Below, one piece after another: positions 27,101-40,209 of a stretch of 64,000 nt of DNA (positions within the stretch are counted from its first letter, which is position 1; each line of letters starts with the position of its first letter). Under the pieces are notes generated by a model. That model was not told the DNA's origin. It worked only from the letters and a program-made list of their open reading frames with translations, and did not search any database. The translations under genes and the position numbers were made by a program. Origin of the DNA: Auanema rhodensis (lineage: Eukaryota; Animalia; Nematoda); NCBI GenBank assembly GCA_964057225.1, contig OZ059897.1, positions 13,268,001 through 13,332,000 on the forward strand. Reading direction: 5' to 3'.

Positions 27101-28599
27101 TCTTGGTTCATGCCTCTTTACCCTCTTCAATTATCCAAAATTCAATTTCGATAAAAATTCTGCTCAAATAATATTCGTTAAATCATGGTTCTGTGTTTTA
27201 GTAATAAATCAAAATTTAATTTATAACTTATTAATTCAAAAGTTCTTTATAGCCATCCTTTTCTTCTAGGCAACAGAGAATTCTAATTATTGATCTTAAT
27301 CTTGTATCTCGAGTTTTTTTATTTTGTTCATTTCATCTAATGATACTTTCAAGAAATTTTATAGTGAAAAAACTATTATTTATAAAAATTTTCAAAGATT
27401 CTTCGTAAATATCTTAATTTTTCTAAGATTTTCCGAGATTTTCGTATTGACGTTTTTTTGGCGTGCTCTCTGATTGGTCAGACATAAAAAAAGATAGAAA
27501 AGGTCAAGGACCTAACTCGTTTGGATTGAAGCCAGTTCAGAAAACAGAACTGCGAATCAAGCTCTCTCCTCTCTCATCCATAGGCCTATTTTCTTGATAA
27601 ATCGGTCACCTTAACGATCCTGTGGTTTTGATTATAACATAACAGAATTTCTGAATTATTTCTACACATTTGCTTTACATCTCTTTAAACTCATCAAATA
27701 TAATTTATTCTTATATTTTTTATTTTTTTTCAATATTTAATTATTCAAATAAACATTTAAACTTATTTTAAAATTAATATTATATTTTATTTATATTTTT
27801 TGAAAAAAAAAAGAAAAGAAATTTATTATAAAGTTATTTTTTGAAGATATATTATATCTATATAAACTGCATAATTACAGAAAATAAAAAATACAGTGAA
27901 ACCGTTAAGGCATGGGAATATTAAGAGAGTGAGAGAGAAATACGACAACCTTGTGCATCAGAGCACACCTTCATTACCTTTTATGGATTGCGATTTGACC
28001 CGATTTGTCGTTGATGAAATCTTTTGAGGCATCAACGACCTTTTAGAAGATTTTTGTGCTCATATCTCAACGATTACATCTACTCCGCCCACAATACTCT
28101 GAGATTTCCTTAGTTCAGTCAGTGAGCAGGTAGCATTGTTCATGTATCATTGACTTGCTACTGCACATCATTCACTCCTTACCTATCATATACTTTAAAT
28201 ATATTACTAGAGACATTTCTCATTGTTCATATATTTGATTTTTTAAAAAAAAACTTTTTTGCAGCAAATTCAATGGTTAAACACAGTATTATAATTCCTA
28301 TTTTAACCATAACAATTATTCTGGAATATAAAGTTTCCAGGCACACTTTCGATTTATTTCAGATTGTTCAATAAGAACTTGTCTCTCAGACTAGAAGGAC
28401 ATACAGTGTGCGTCTTTCATGGATGTCCATGTCCAAGGGTGACCTAAACTAACTAGATTCATCTTCTTCTATAAGCAAATATAATTCTTTTCCTCATCTA
28501 CAACAATCTTCTTATTTCCAACATTTCTTCGTTTTTTTTTAAATTTTAATAATTGTTCATACATCTATCATGTTCAATACTATTTTTGTATTTTATAGA

Positions 28600-29634
28600 A
28601 TGAGGTTGTATATCGTGGCTGTATTGGCTTTAGCCATCGGCTATGCTTCAGCTAACAAAATGGAAGACATCAAGGAGATGTATGCTAATCCTCTTGCTCA
28701 CGGTAAGATTGAGTTTTATTTGAAAAAATTAAAAATTACATAAATCATATTATAGGATTTGGTGAAGATATCGACTGGGTACCATGGGAGGATGCTATCG
28801 AGAAGGCTCTCGACGACAAGAAACCAATCTTCCTTCTTATTCACAAGACCTGGTGTCATGCATGCAAAGGTTTGTTCATAAATACTTGCGAAAAAGATAT
28901 AAACAAGGAAGTTTAAACTAGTATCTGATTAACTTCTGACCTCTAAAATAGAGAATGAAAGTACTGAAACCAGACCAGTTTTAATTTTCTCTTGTTTATA
29001 TAAATTTGAAGAAACCTTTTCAAGTTATACATATCATTACGAAATGTTTTATCCTATAAAAAACATATTATTCTGTGAGAGATAAAAGATTCGAATGATG
29101 AAAATTAGAAAAAAACTTAAATTCGCATACTGACTGATGATCCTTTGTTTCAGCTTTGAAGAAGACTTTCCAACAATCTAATGCTCGTAAGGCTTTCAAG
29201 GCCCTCTCTGAATACTTTATCATGGTTAACACCGAAGATGATGAGGAGCCATTTGAGGAGGAATACAGACCAGACGGAAAGTATATTCCAAGACTTCTCT
29301 TCCTCGGTAAGATATTAAAAAAAGACAGCATATGATGAATATGATTTGTTCAGACACCAACGGAGACCTTCTCCCACAATTCAAGAACAAAAAGGCTGAG
29401 TACAAGAACTACGCTTTCTACTATTCTTCCCCATCTGATATCTTGAACTCAATGAAGGATGTCCTTCAACACTTCGGAGTCGAAGTTCCAGAGCTTAAGA
29501 AGGGAGAAAAATTGAGACCAAAGAAGAAGGAGAAGAAGGAGGAGAAGAAGGAGGAGAAGAAGGAGGAGAAGAAGAAGGAGGAGAAGAAGGAGGAGAAGAA
29601 GGAGAAGAAGGAGGAAAAGAAACAAGAGCTCTAG
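28600..29634 (+). CDS. txdc-12: ER thioredoxin-domain protein ERp18/TXNDC12 (AGR/PDI family), 4 exons
   Basis: Exons 28600-28702, 28756-28869, 29154-29306, 29354-29634. Signal peptide [39 protein letters not shown] (CxxC), [14 protein letters not shown], a KKEE-repeat tail and KDEL-like KQEL* terminus. Confidence 0.93.
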
Positions 29635-29933
29635 ATGAGCTCTAGATGTGATCTATTGTTTTAAATTATTAATGTTCATTATTAACGTATGAATATTGTT
29701 AACGCTTTCATATCATTTCTCTCAGATTAAATCTTTTATTATATTTTTGTTATGTTTTTGATTTTTTTTTTGGAAATATGAGTACTCAAATTACAGTTTT
29801 TGAGAAGTTCAATATGAAATGATCAAAACATTTTATAATTTTAAAATAGTTTTCTCCAATAGAAATAACAAAAAATATTGAAAAGCTCATGCAATTCAAT
29901 TTCATTGTTGAACTATAGTGTTGCTGATGATAC

Positions 29934-29984
<51 letters not shown>
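29934..29984. repeat. Interrupted (AG)n microsatellite
   Basis: About 50 bp AG run with one C interruption. Confidence 0.9.
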
Positions 29985-29987
<3 letters not shown>

Positions 29988-30856
29988 TTCAAACTAAATA
30001 GTAGTATATTCCAAAAGAAAAGTCAAAAAAATATTTTTATAATTTCATTTTGTTACTCTTTTGCATAGTCTCAATCATTTAAACTTTAATTTATCACTTT
30101 GTCATGTTAAACTTCATTATTTTTTGTGACACAAGCTGGGGACATCAAGTACGATGACATCGAAAGTTTATTCGACTTTTATTGAAATATAAGAAAAAAA
30201 AATGATTTTAAACATTTTCTTTTTTGATATTTCTAAAACGTTAAAAACGAATTGTAACTATTCATGAAAGTAGCCTTATCTATGTGAGAAGTTTTAATAA
30301 AAATGTAAAGATTTATTCCTATAATCTCTTCTTTTAAATTCAACGACCACATTTCTTGAGATGTGGTTAGCATATGTACATAATAATGTGTACTTCTAAT
30401 ATACATATATGTATATATCTCAATATAAAGATATGCACATGTATATACTTAGTTTTGCAGAAAAGTTTCGTTTGTTTTCAGATCATTTCCAATTAGTTAG
30501 TTAGAATATTATAATTCTTCTTATATACATATATACTATATCTATATATATATAATACATAAATATATAATTTCATCGTTAGCATAAAGATAAATGTTCG
30601 TATATAAGGTATTTGAATATGGAAAGTCACGAGATTCAGAGAAATCTTCAAAACTCATTCTATCCATGATACGCAACAAGAAGCACTTATGAAGAAGATT
30701 CACTGATCTTTTTGATATTTTCTTGTTCGTCTTTCATTTTATTTCAGCATGTCTATGTATGCTGTTTTTGGCTCCTCTTTCTATCTATCTCTCTTTGCTT
30801 CTGGCTTTTTTTCTTTTAACTTTCTCACATCGTCTTTTAGATCTTACTCTTCCTTG

Positions 30857-30858
<2 letters not shown>

Positions 30859-30889
<31 letters not shown>

Positions 30890-30900
30890 TTCTTCTCTCT
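30859..30900. repeat. Imperfect (TC)n tract
   Basis: TC run lying upstream of TATAAA at 30954. Confidence 0.85.
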
Positions 30901-31009
30901 ATCCAGCTATCTTTTCATTTATTCTTCCTTTCCTCTCTTCCTCTTATATTCTCTATAAATGCCAAAAAGAAATCATTCAACATTTCTCATATCCCTCTAA
31001 TATCTAAAT

Positions 31010-34000
31010 ATGATTTGTGAATTTTATCTACAATTGGTCTTAAACGAAGAGAAATATGCATATCTATCGAGATGTTTTGATGATACTTTTCCTCACTTAT
31101 CTGTCTCACCCTTCGCCTCCTCTACATCTGGTAACTGGTAATCCAAAGTATACTTGCTCCGACTTTAAATATACATTTAGTTAAGCTCCAACTTTGTAGT
31201 TACTAACCTCTCCCTCTTTTTCGAATTCTGCTCCAATAACTGCCAAATCAACTCAACAGCCAATGTTGTAAGGTTTCTTTATATATCTGCATTCAATCCT
31301 AATTCAATTATTTGCTTTTAATTTTTTTAAGTTTCGACGAAAGAAACAAAGCAAATCTTTGTTTGAATAACTAAATTTGGTTCGTCATCTCTGAATCCTT
31401 TTTTTCGGATTAAAACAAAGTCATGCTCATTATGAATTAGAGATTATAATCAACAAGTGCTTCATAAAATCTTTTTTTTTTAATTTTCTCAATAAGTTTT
31501 CCTATATGCCTTCATTATCGTTAACGACAAGCTTGTATCTGTTCTCTTTTCAATCTTTATTTTGAATAAAATTTAAAATTAAATTCTATGTGAGCAAAAT
31601 GTTTTACTTCCGTTTTATTATAGTACTATTTAGCAAAAAAAAAAGAAGAAAAAGATTTTCTCATTAATAGCATCGAAGATTTGTTTTAGTCAAAGCTCAT
31701 TATCAAAATGTATTCAGTTTTCAAATCTTATAATAATCCATTAACTTCTTTTGTTTTCCCCTATAATCTATACATTTTAATCCTTTAGAACTATTTTGTT
31801 ACCAATTTACCAATGAATTACTCAATTTTCTAGTGTTTCTTTTTTAAAATATCGTCATTTTTATTTTTTTACTACATTATAAGTAAGTAAAAGGTACTTT
31901 TCATTCACTATTTTGAGCACGAAATTCAATTTTTTTTTGTTTTATAATCAGTGAAATTTACACAAAAATATTCTTTTCCTATCAGAAATTACATTTTTTC
32001 TATCATATTAAATATAAAAATCTTATATTTCGTTTTGACGATTAAAAGAATTTTTTGTCTCGAAATTTGGTTGAATTTAAAACATCGATGGGCGCCAAGT
32101 TGTTATCCAATGGAGCCATTTTCAAAGCTAGTTAAAGCTCTCTGTTGGTTTCAAGCAACAAAGATATACGGAAAACCTTAATGTATTCTAGTTGATCTCT
32201 GTTACATCTTTCATCGCCTTCGTTTTCGCCATCATCGTCATCGTCTTTATGTTCAGTGTCTCTTGGACTTCAGACATCATCTTTCACTCAATCATGAGCA
32301 TGATCCTCATTATCCTTATTTATCCTTTGTTTTGTCAACATCTTATAATGAAATATATACTTTTTTTCTTTAACAAAACGTCACTTCATTACTCACAGCT
32401 GATCGACATCATTTCTTTTTTTCTTCTAATTTTTCTGCCTGCTTTTGTCTCCTTTTTCCGATGCAACACTTCTCTTGTTAACTCATTCTGACGATTCAAA
32501 ATTCAAAACTTACAAAATGTTTCTGAATTCCATCTTATAACTATTAACTATTTTCATAAATTCAGTTAGTTAGTTAATTAAACTATTTAACTTGATTAAC
32601 TTATTTAATAATACTATATTATCTTTTATTTTCGTTTAAACTTTATTCATTCATTTCAATTAAGCAAGTTTTCATCATTTCTATTAGATTATCTTTCTTT
32701 CACTCATTCTCTTTCCCACTTTCTCTTTCTCGTACTTTTTTTCTCTGGCTTTTTCGATTATATGCTTAGATATATATGAATATGTAGCTCATTCTATCTT
32801 TTGCACTCGCTGTCTCCATTTTAATTCTGAATTGGATTTCACTGCTTCAAAAGGATTTTACATGTATTTTATAGATAATGTGGGCTGTGATGCGCTTACG
32901 AACAATAAGAAGATCAACTCGACAGTTAAGTCATCAAAGACCTTTAAATAAGAAAAGGACGACAAGTAGCCAACGCCAAAAAAATTTGGAGAAGTTTGTT
33001 TTTCAATTATTTTTTGAACTTTTTTAAGAACTTTTCTATTCAATTTTACTCGAATAAACTAATATTGATAGTTACTAACTGTATATCATATATGAATAAT
33101 GAAGCATTCGTTAAAAACAAACTTCGCTTTCATATTGTTTTGAAAGAAAAAAAAAAAAAAAAAAAAGAAAATGTTACCTTCATCCAAACCCTTGTAATTT
33201 TAAAAAATATTCTTCAACCTTTTCTTGTGGAAAACTATTATTTTTGATTATGGTTAATGTACATATGCATATAAAACACACAATGCAACCGCTCGGGCAT
33301 TCGTTGAAAAATAAAATAAACCCATCTGTTTTCACACGTCACGTGAATTTTATGAGATTTATATATGCTAATATGTGTATAAGAGTAATTCTCAGATTTA
33401 TTTCCATCTTCGGCCTCATGAATTGCTTCCTTAGTAGCTCATCACTGTAGTTCATTCAATATTTTCTAAAAGCAGTTTCTTCCTATTATGTGATAATATT
33501 CTGCTTTCCAACATTTGCCATTATGCTGTTTTTTATTCGAATTTCTCTTATATGCTATGCTTTCTCAGGCACTGCAAAGCGACATATTCATACGTCTATT
33601 CGCATATCCAGCTTAATTACCGCCTGACCTCAAATTAAACGCTTCATATTTCTCTTGAAGGTGAAATAGAATGTATTGGCTAGAGAGAATTACAGAGAAG
33701 GCTTTAGGCTAATTAAAAGTCCCTCGTATCTCTTGAGCATTCAGTATCATCTTCTTTCATGATCAAGCTGAAAGATGCTTTCAAAATCTTTTTTTATCTA
33801 CCACTATTTGTGAAAAAAAATGAAGAAAAAACATAAATTAAAAATGAATTATTTGCTGTAAATTGCTATATCTATCTTTTCTTTTTTTTTTTTGAAAATG
33901 TAAAAATAAATCTTTATAAATTTAATCTTTCTTTTTCACGACTTACTCACCCACTATATTAGGCCGTCATCAGTAATTACTCACATGGAAAGATGAACAG

Positions 34001-35060
34001 CTCTTATTTCTTGGCCGCTTGCTAGATCTATCTTTAGTTATGTTCAATCTGTATACGAACAAAGAGTGTCATACTCCTTCATTCACATCAAATCTTCTTC
34101 TTTTTCCCCTTTCACGATTCATATCTATATTTCTTCTCTTCACCTTTTATTTCTCTCTTCATTCTCTTTTTCTCTCTTTCTCCAACCTTTCTTCATATCT
34201 CACCCTTTTCAATATTCTCTCTCTACATATGCTCCTATATCAATAACATCTTCTACTTACGCCATGCTTCTCACTTCGTCTTCAATTCACTCTAGCAACC
34301 CTAGTTGTGTGCAAGTAACTAAGGCTGACACTTCTAACAGACCACTTGATGTTTAGAAACTCTAATTATCCTTAAAACAGAGAGAAAGAGAGTGTAACGA
34401 ACAAACTGCAGAGTTTGACACCTTTTGTGGTTAACGAGGTTTTATCTCAGAACTTGACTCTGATGCCCTTTTCATTAAAATTAGATTTCAACTTATATAT
34501 TATAATGGATAATACGTTTCTTCACAAGCACATCACGCCCATGTCTCTTGAATTCTTTTCCTTCTTCTGCTACTTCTCTTCTTCTTCGATTTCACTTACA
34601 AGTAAAATTGAGCCAAAATCATATTCATAGATTACGTCTTCGCTTTTAATCCAATATACCCTTTACATACGACATCATTTCAGTTATTTCGAAAGAACTA
34701 AACCGAAGAATTATCTTTATTAACATTGCTTTTCTATTTAATTTTTTTTCTTCGTTATAATATCTATAATGAACCTATAACATCAAAATTTTGCAAAATC
34801 TTTATTTCAGTTTTCATGCCAAAAGATTTTCTATGCATCATATCACACACATACAGATTCTTTTAATTTAAATAAATGAAGAAAAATTTTTATATATTCT
34901 TTCATTAATTTAAAATACATTATGAAATATGTATATTTCTTTTATATATGTATATTTTATATTAATTAAATATTCAACTAATCTTTACTTGAACTTATTC
35001 AAATCATTTTATCAGTTACTTTGATTTTATTTTATAAATTTTCTTTTTATAATTTGTCTA

Positions 35061-35110
<50 letters not shown>

Positions 35111-38100
35111 CAAATATTCTTAGGTACTTAGTAAATAGTTGTGTGGATCAGCTCCTTATGGGCTGTCAGCTATACAATATTCGGCATCTTCTATATGTTT
35201 TATTCTACTGCTCATCCTCGAATAACATAAGAAAACAAATCTAAATTAGAGATAATCATTTTTTTTCAAACATAATATGAATATAAGGTAAAAGAACTTA
35301 GCAAACACAATACTAATGACCTTTTTCTAATTCTAAGAAAATTTAATTAATTTTCAGGCAATTTGGAAGCAGAACTCCATTCAAGAATCGCTTTTTACAA
35401 CGTTTGTACTGGAGTCTACGACGATGCCAATTTTTCATTTGCTTTACTGAAGACGGTTAGTTATCGTTTCGATTATACTTTCATAGACAACAAAATTTTG
35501 TTTTTACTTGAAAAATGAAAAATATCGAGATTTCAATCAATCACTAAGATATTATTAGTTTGTTTAATAGATAGTTGACTAAAATTTTCTTTTAAATATT
35601 TAAAATATATACATCTTTCTATATAGTTAATTACATTGTACGTTTGATCAAAGATTATATCTTTCAATATTTTTAATTGAACAATTTTTTTTTGGCCAAG
35701 AGACAAAATGCTGTTATACTGACCACGAAACCATAAAAGCAACAATAATGCTGAAACAGATTTTGCAAGAAATTTATGATTTGCACAACCACTGACTGCA
35801 AACGACATCTATCTGAAAAGTGAGGAAGAATACATCTCACCATACACCAAGTTTTTCTGAAACTACTATTCTACTGCCTTCTGTGTGCAGTTGTGGATTT
35901 CGGTTCTGAGTAGACAGCTTAAGGGTAATATTAAAAAGAAAAATAGAAGCTATATAAATTCGAGAGAGGCAAAGGATACGAAACAGAAATAGAGAGAAAA
36001 AAAATGAAGGAGAGGAAAGAAAACGGAAGCTAAAGGAAAGAAATACGCTCAGTCATCTATAACAACTGGATAAAAGAGAAAATGAAAAGCCGCCAGTCGT
36101 CATCACCTCCCTTAGTTCTTCTGTCTTTTCTATCCTTTCTTTGGTCATTCCATTTGCTGCAGATCTGCTTATGTGACCTTCCATTTAAGCTCAATTTTTT
36201 GGATTTTCAATTTTATTTTCGTGTATTTCATTTTCCGGATAACTGGAGCTGATGCTTTAGTTATTAAATGGTATACATTCATGTGTATGAGTACGTCTTT
36301 TGAAAGTTTATCAAGTAGAAAAGTTTATTTATTCTCTGTATTCCCTTCAAAACTTTGTTGAATCAATATTGAAATTTAAAATTCTCCGAATTTCTAATAC
36401 AGTCAAATTGGTGTTGCAATTGATTAATTTTTCTTATTGGAATAAGACCAAACACATGCTTATCAAATTTATTTTTGGTTTCAACTGCAATCTTTAATAA
36501 TTTTTTTTTCTCAAAAATGTTGTTGTCATAATAATTTCACGAATAATAAAAGTTCAGCTGGCATTTGGCTCCATTTCAAAGCGGAAATTTTATTTTTTTT
36601 TGTGCATTACTTCTTTTCATTCATGATATCCCTTATAAAACTTCCCAAACACCAAGCTTCATATCATTCTTCATTCATCTCTCTGTCAAAGCCATTGTTG
36701 ATTCAACAATGGTCTAGCATAGTTCAGTCTCTTCTTTATTCTAATTTAACTTATGTCTTTCCACCATATGATTCAACAATCATAAAAAAGTTTATTCTCT
36801 ATGAAACGACAGATACATCGCATTTGACTACTACTTTTGCTTCTTTTGAACAACATGCTCTCAATTCCTTTCCTTAAGCTTTATCGTATTTGGTATTCCT
36901 TCATCATTTCACTAATGAACGCTACTCTGCTTATTTATCGCTTGGATAAGCATCACCATTGGCAACGCCTCCTTTCCATACGTTCCTGTTTCTGGATAAA
37001 AAAAAGATCATAGAAAGTTATACTGCATTTCTATATTCAGGCTTTAAAACATTTTATTCAACCTATAATTCAATATTTCTGAATATTCTCAAGAAAACGA
37101 TTATATTCCTTTGCTCTAACAGACCTTCGATTTTGAAATGTGAACAATAAACTCCAAATATTTCAAAATAGCTCCACTTTTACTCATTTTCCTAACATTC
37201 TTTTAGAAAAAAGCAGCTTTCTTTGATGAAAGTGCTTATTCCGATACTTTATCCATATATCTCCAGACTCCGAAGCAATTACTTCCTCTTTTTGCTAATT
37301 AAAAGAAATCGGAAAGCCAAATAAATTTGAAATCGATAACAACAACTTCAATGATTCATTGTTACCACTTTCCCAACGTTTCTGGCGTATACATAGTATT
37401 TCAGTAACGGCTTCATAGCCCTTTTTTGTGATTTTTAATACTTTATCCTATAGAAACAATGAAATTCATTATTATATTTGAAATGTTATTTTCTGAGACG
37501 TTCAACACGTTCATATTGAGCGCACATATCACATTATTGAAATTTTCTCAATTACATTATAGATATTTTTCATATTTTCAAATTACAAATCATTTTCGTA
37601 ATGCTTTCTACCTTTGGAGGCCATTTTATATCCGTCTTCTTCTCATTTTCTTGTCATGTTTCCCGTTTAATAATCAATATATTCCAATCTTGCCATATCC
37701 TTTTTTCCTCTACATTAAGCATATTGCTATTTCAATGACAATTTTTATTCATTTTTCCACAATGGATGTTATTCCGTTTTTCTTTTTCTTTTTTTTTGTT
37801 GAAAAAAGTCATTAGAATTCATATGTACATTTGTATCTTACAGCATAGAGCAGAACAGCATCACCATCTTCTTCTTTTTTTTTCTGTTTTTAAGAATGTA
37901 ATATTCTATTTTTTTTTTTTTTTTTTTTTGAAACAAACTTTTATTTACATCAAAATATATGAAAATAAAGCTTCAAGACCATGCAAATTATATTGTAAAA
38001 TGTCATCAGATTTTAAACTTAAAAAACGATAAATAGTTGATGACCCATGTTGTCATGTTTTGTTCCTCATCTTTCATTGAATGGCGACATAAAAGAACAA

Positions 38101-39736
38101 GCTCATGCATCTGTATCATGATATTTCTTTAAATGAACAACTATAACAACTCTATTCATTCAGTTTTTTCCGTTCATTGATTTGGAAGCCCTTTTCCTAT
38201 GGTCTAATTATGTCCTTATTTTCATTTTTTTTCTCTTACAAGCTTTGTTAGTTTCGGACAAAGCATCTAACAATCTATTTTCATATTATTGACTTCATTT
38301 CGATGTATTTTCAACTCTAAAATCTTTTCTTTTCATTTCAAGTTTCATTCCGATTGCATGTGGAGGTTAAAATCATCCAAGAAAGGTAAGTTTGTTGAGA
38401 AAAACTATGGTTATGATGTTTATTTTCCGGAAAAAATGAAGCTTCCTCAGACAAGTTTAACAGTTGTTCTGGTAATTTATTATAACATAATTTTTATTTT
38501 TCACAAACTAATATCAAAATTAAAATAATAATATGAGTAGTATTTTATAAAGCTAAATATTTTGTCATAATATTTCACTACGCAAAGAATAAGTTTTATA
38601 TTAACTTCACACACATGCATACATACAAATATGAGTGTTTCAACCAATTATTAATTGGTGTATATGAGTTTATACAACAAATAGTTGAATTTTATTTCTT
38701 CAAAACATTTTACTTTATTCAGTTCTGCTATATTTCAGAAGTAGAAGAAGATGCCGAGGATACTGAAGATCCATTCACAACAAGACCACCGAGCCTTGAA
38801 GAATTGCAGCGACTTACTGGTTTTAATCGGAAGTGGATTATGTTTCTATATAGGAATTTCAAGCAGGTAAACAAGTTGTTGTGATTACTGATACGAATAA
38901 TATTTTTGAAGCATTGTACAAATGGCCGAATGTCTGATCAAGAATGGCGAACCGTTTGTCGGCTTATGTTTCCATGTTCTGCAGATGATCGGTTTGCAGA
39001 TAGATTATATAAAACTATAACTAAAGATAGGGGAACAGAAAAAATTCTTTTCAAAGTATGTTGTTCGCGAATAATTTATTATGAAAACAAATTATTACAG
39101 GATCTTGTTGTTTGCTTGTGGGAGCTAACAGAAAGTGGTCGCTCATCTAAATTTGTTTCCGAACAACCATTTTCTACAACTGCCCAATTTGTGTTTGGTT
39201 TAATGGGACCAGATGAAAAAGTAATCGTTACATATGAACACATTTTGCATGTTATAACCCTTGAAATTTAAGAATCTCGTGGATGAGACACGTTTTGCTG
39301 AATATGTTCGTTGCGTTTTTGCGTTGGGAGCACGGAAACAAGCTACTAACCCTCAGTTAGGATTACCTGTAGCACCAATCTGTCGAACAAAGGTAAGCAT
39401 TTAGAAATATTTTATATGTCTTAGTTGTCCTCTTTTCTTTTTGTTTGAAAATATTATCATTGTTCTGTATGCATTTAAGAGCGTGGAAGATGAGCTAAAA
39501 CCGAATGCATATATTATTCGACGATTGGCCTCGGAGAAGTTTAGAGTAACGTTGAGGTTTTTACTTCGTTCAGCTTATGTTTTGCATTACAGACCTTAGA
39601 TACTAACAATGACGGCTACATAACAGTTGAAGATATTGAACGAGAAATGGAAAATAATAGAAATACAACTGTTTTAAAAAGTATTAATGATTTTAATGTG
39701 CAAGAAGGATCTCCTCTGATGATTAAGAATAATTAA
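31010..39736 (+). CDS. KChIP-like neuronal calcium sensor (NCS family) with degenerate EF-hands
   Basis: Core exons 38343-38385, 38739-38866, 38912-39055, 39101-39220, 39273-39392, 39480-39545, 39593-39736 encode RPPSLEELQRLTGFNRKWIMFLYRNFKQHCTNG (KChIP N-lobe) and LDTNNDGYITVED. Upstream exons 31010-31130 and 35358-35455 are inferred from phase and a TATAAA at 30954, so the 5' end is uncertain; an in-frame ATG also exists at 38358. Confidence 0.8.
35067..35106. repeat. (TA)20 microsatellite
   Basis: Perfect TA run. Confidence 0.95.
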
Positions 39737-40209
39737 GGACAAATTTCAAATAATAAATTGTATATAAAAGATTTCGGTGTTTTTCATTGAATAACAACAG
39801 AATAAAGAATATATTCAAATCGAATTATCTCATGAAAGACCAGTGCTCGGACGTGTTAATGTGAACCGATAATGGTTGCCTATTGAAACTATTCCCTGAT
39901 TGTGAGACTAATCAAAGATTGAAATAAATTATTTTATTAAATTAATAATAAATTAGCAAGAACCTGTCAATATATAGTAGTATATTACATGGAAGATTGA
40001 ACCCTACGGTAATAAATACTTGACAAAAATCGAATTATCACAAGAGAAACTAATTCTAAAACTTGATCATGCATATATCACAAAGATGGACTGAATACGA
40101 TAGGAATATTAATAAGTGAAGAAAATAGGTAACAGTTAAAAAAAATAATTTTTGAAAATACAGAAGATACCAATTGGCAAGCACCGTGAAGTTTTCAGAC
40201 CATAGTTTC

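Noticed and set aside
32088-32491. MGAKLL... start (possible myristoylated NCS exon) and a 99-aa hydrophobic ORF
   Set aside because: The MG frame stops after 15 codons without a convincing donor; the hydrophobic ORF derives from T-rich, ATC-like low complexity.
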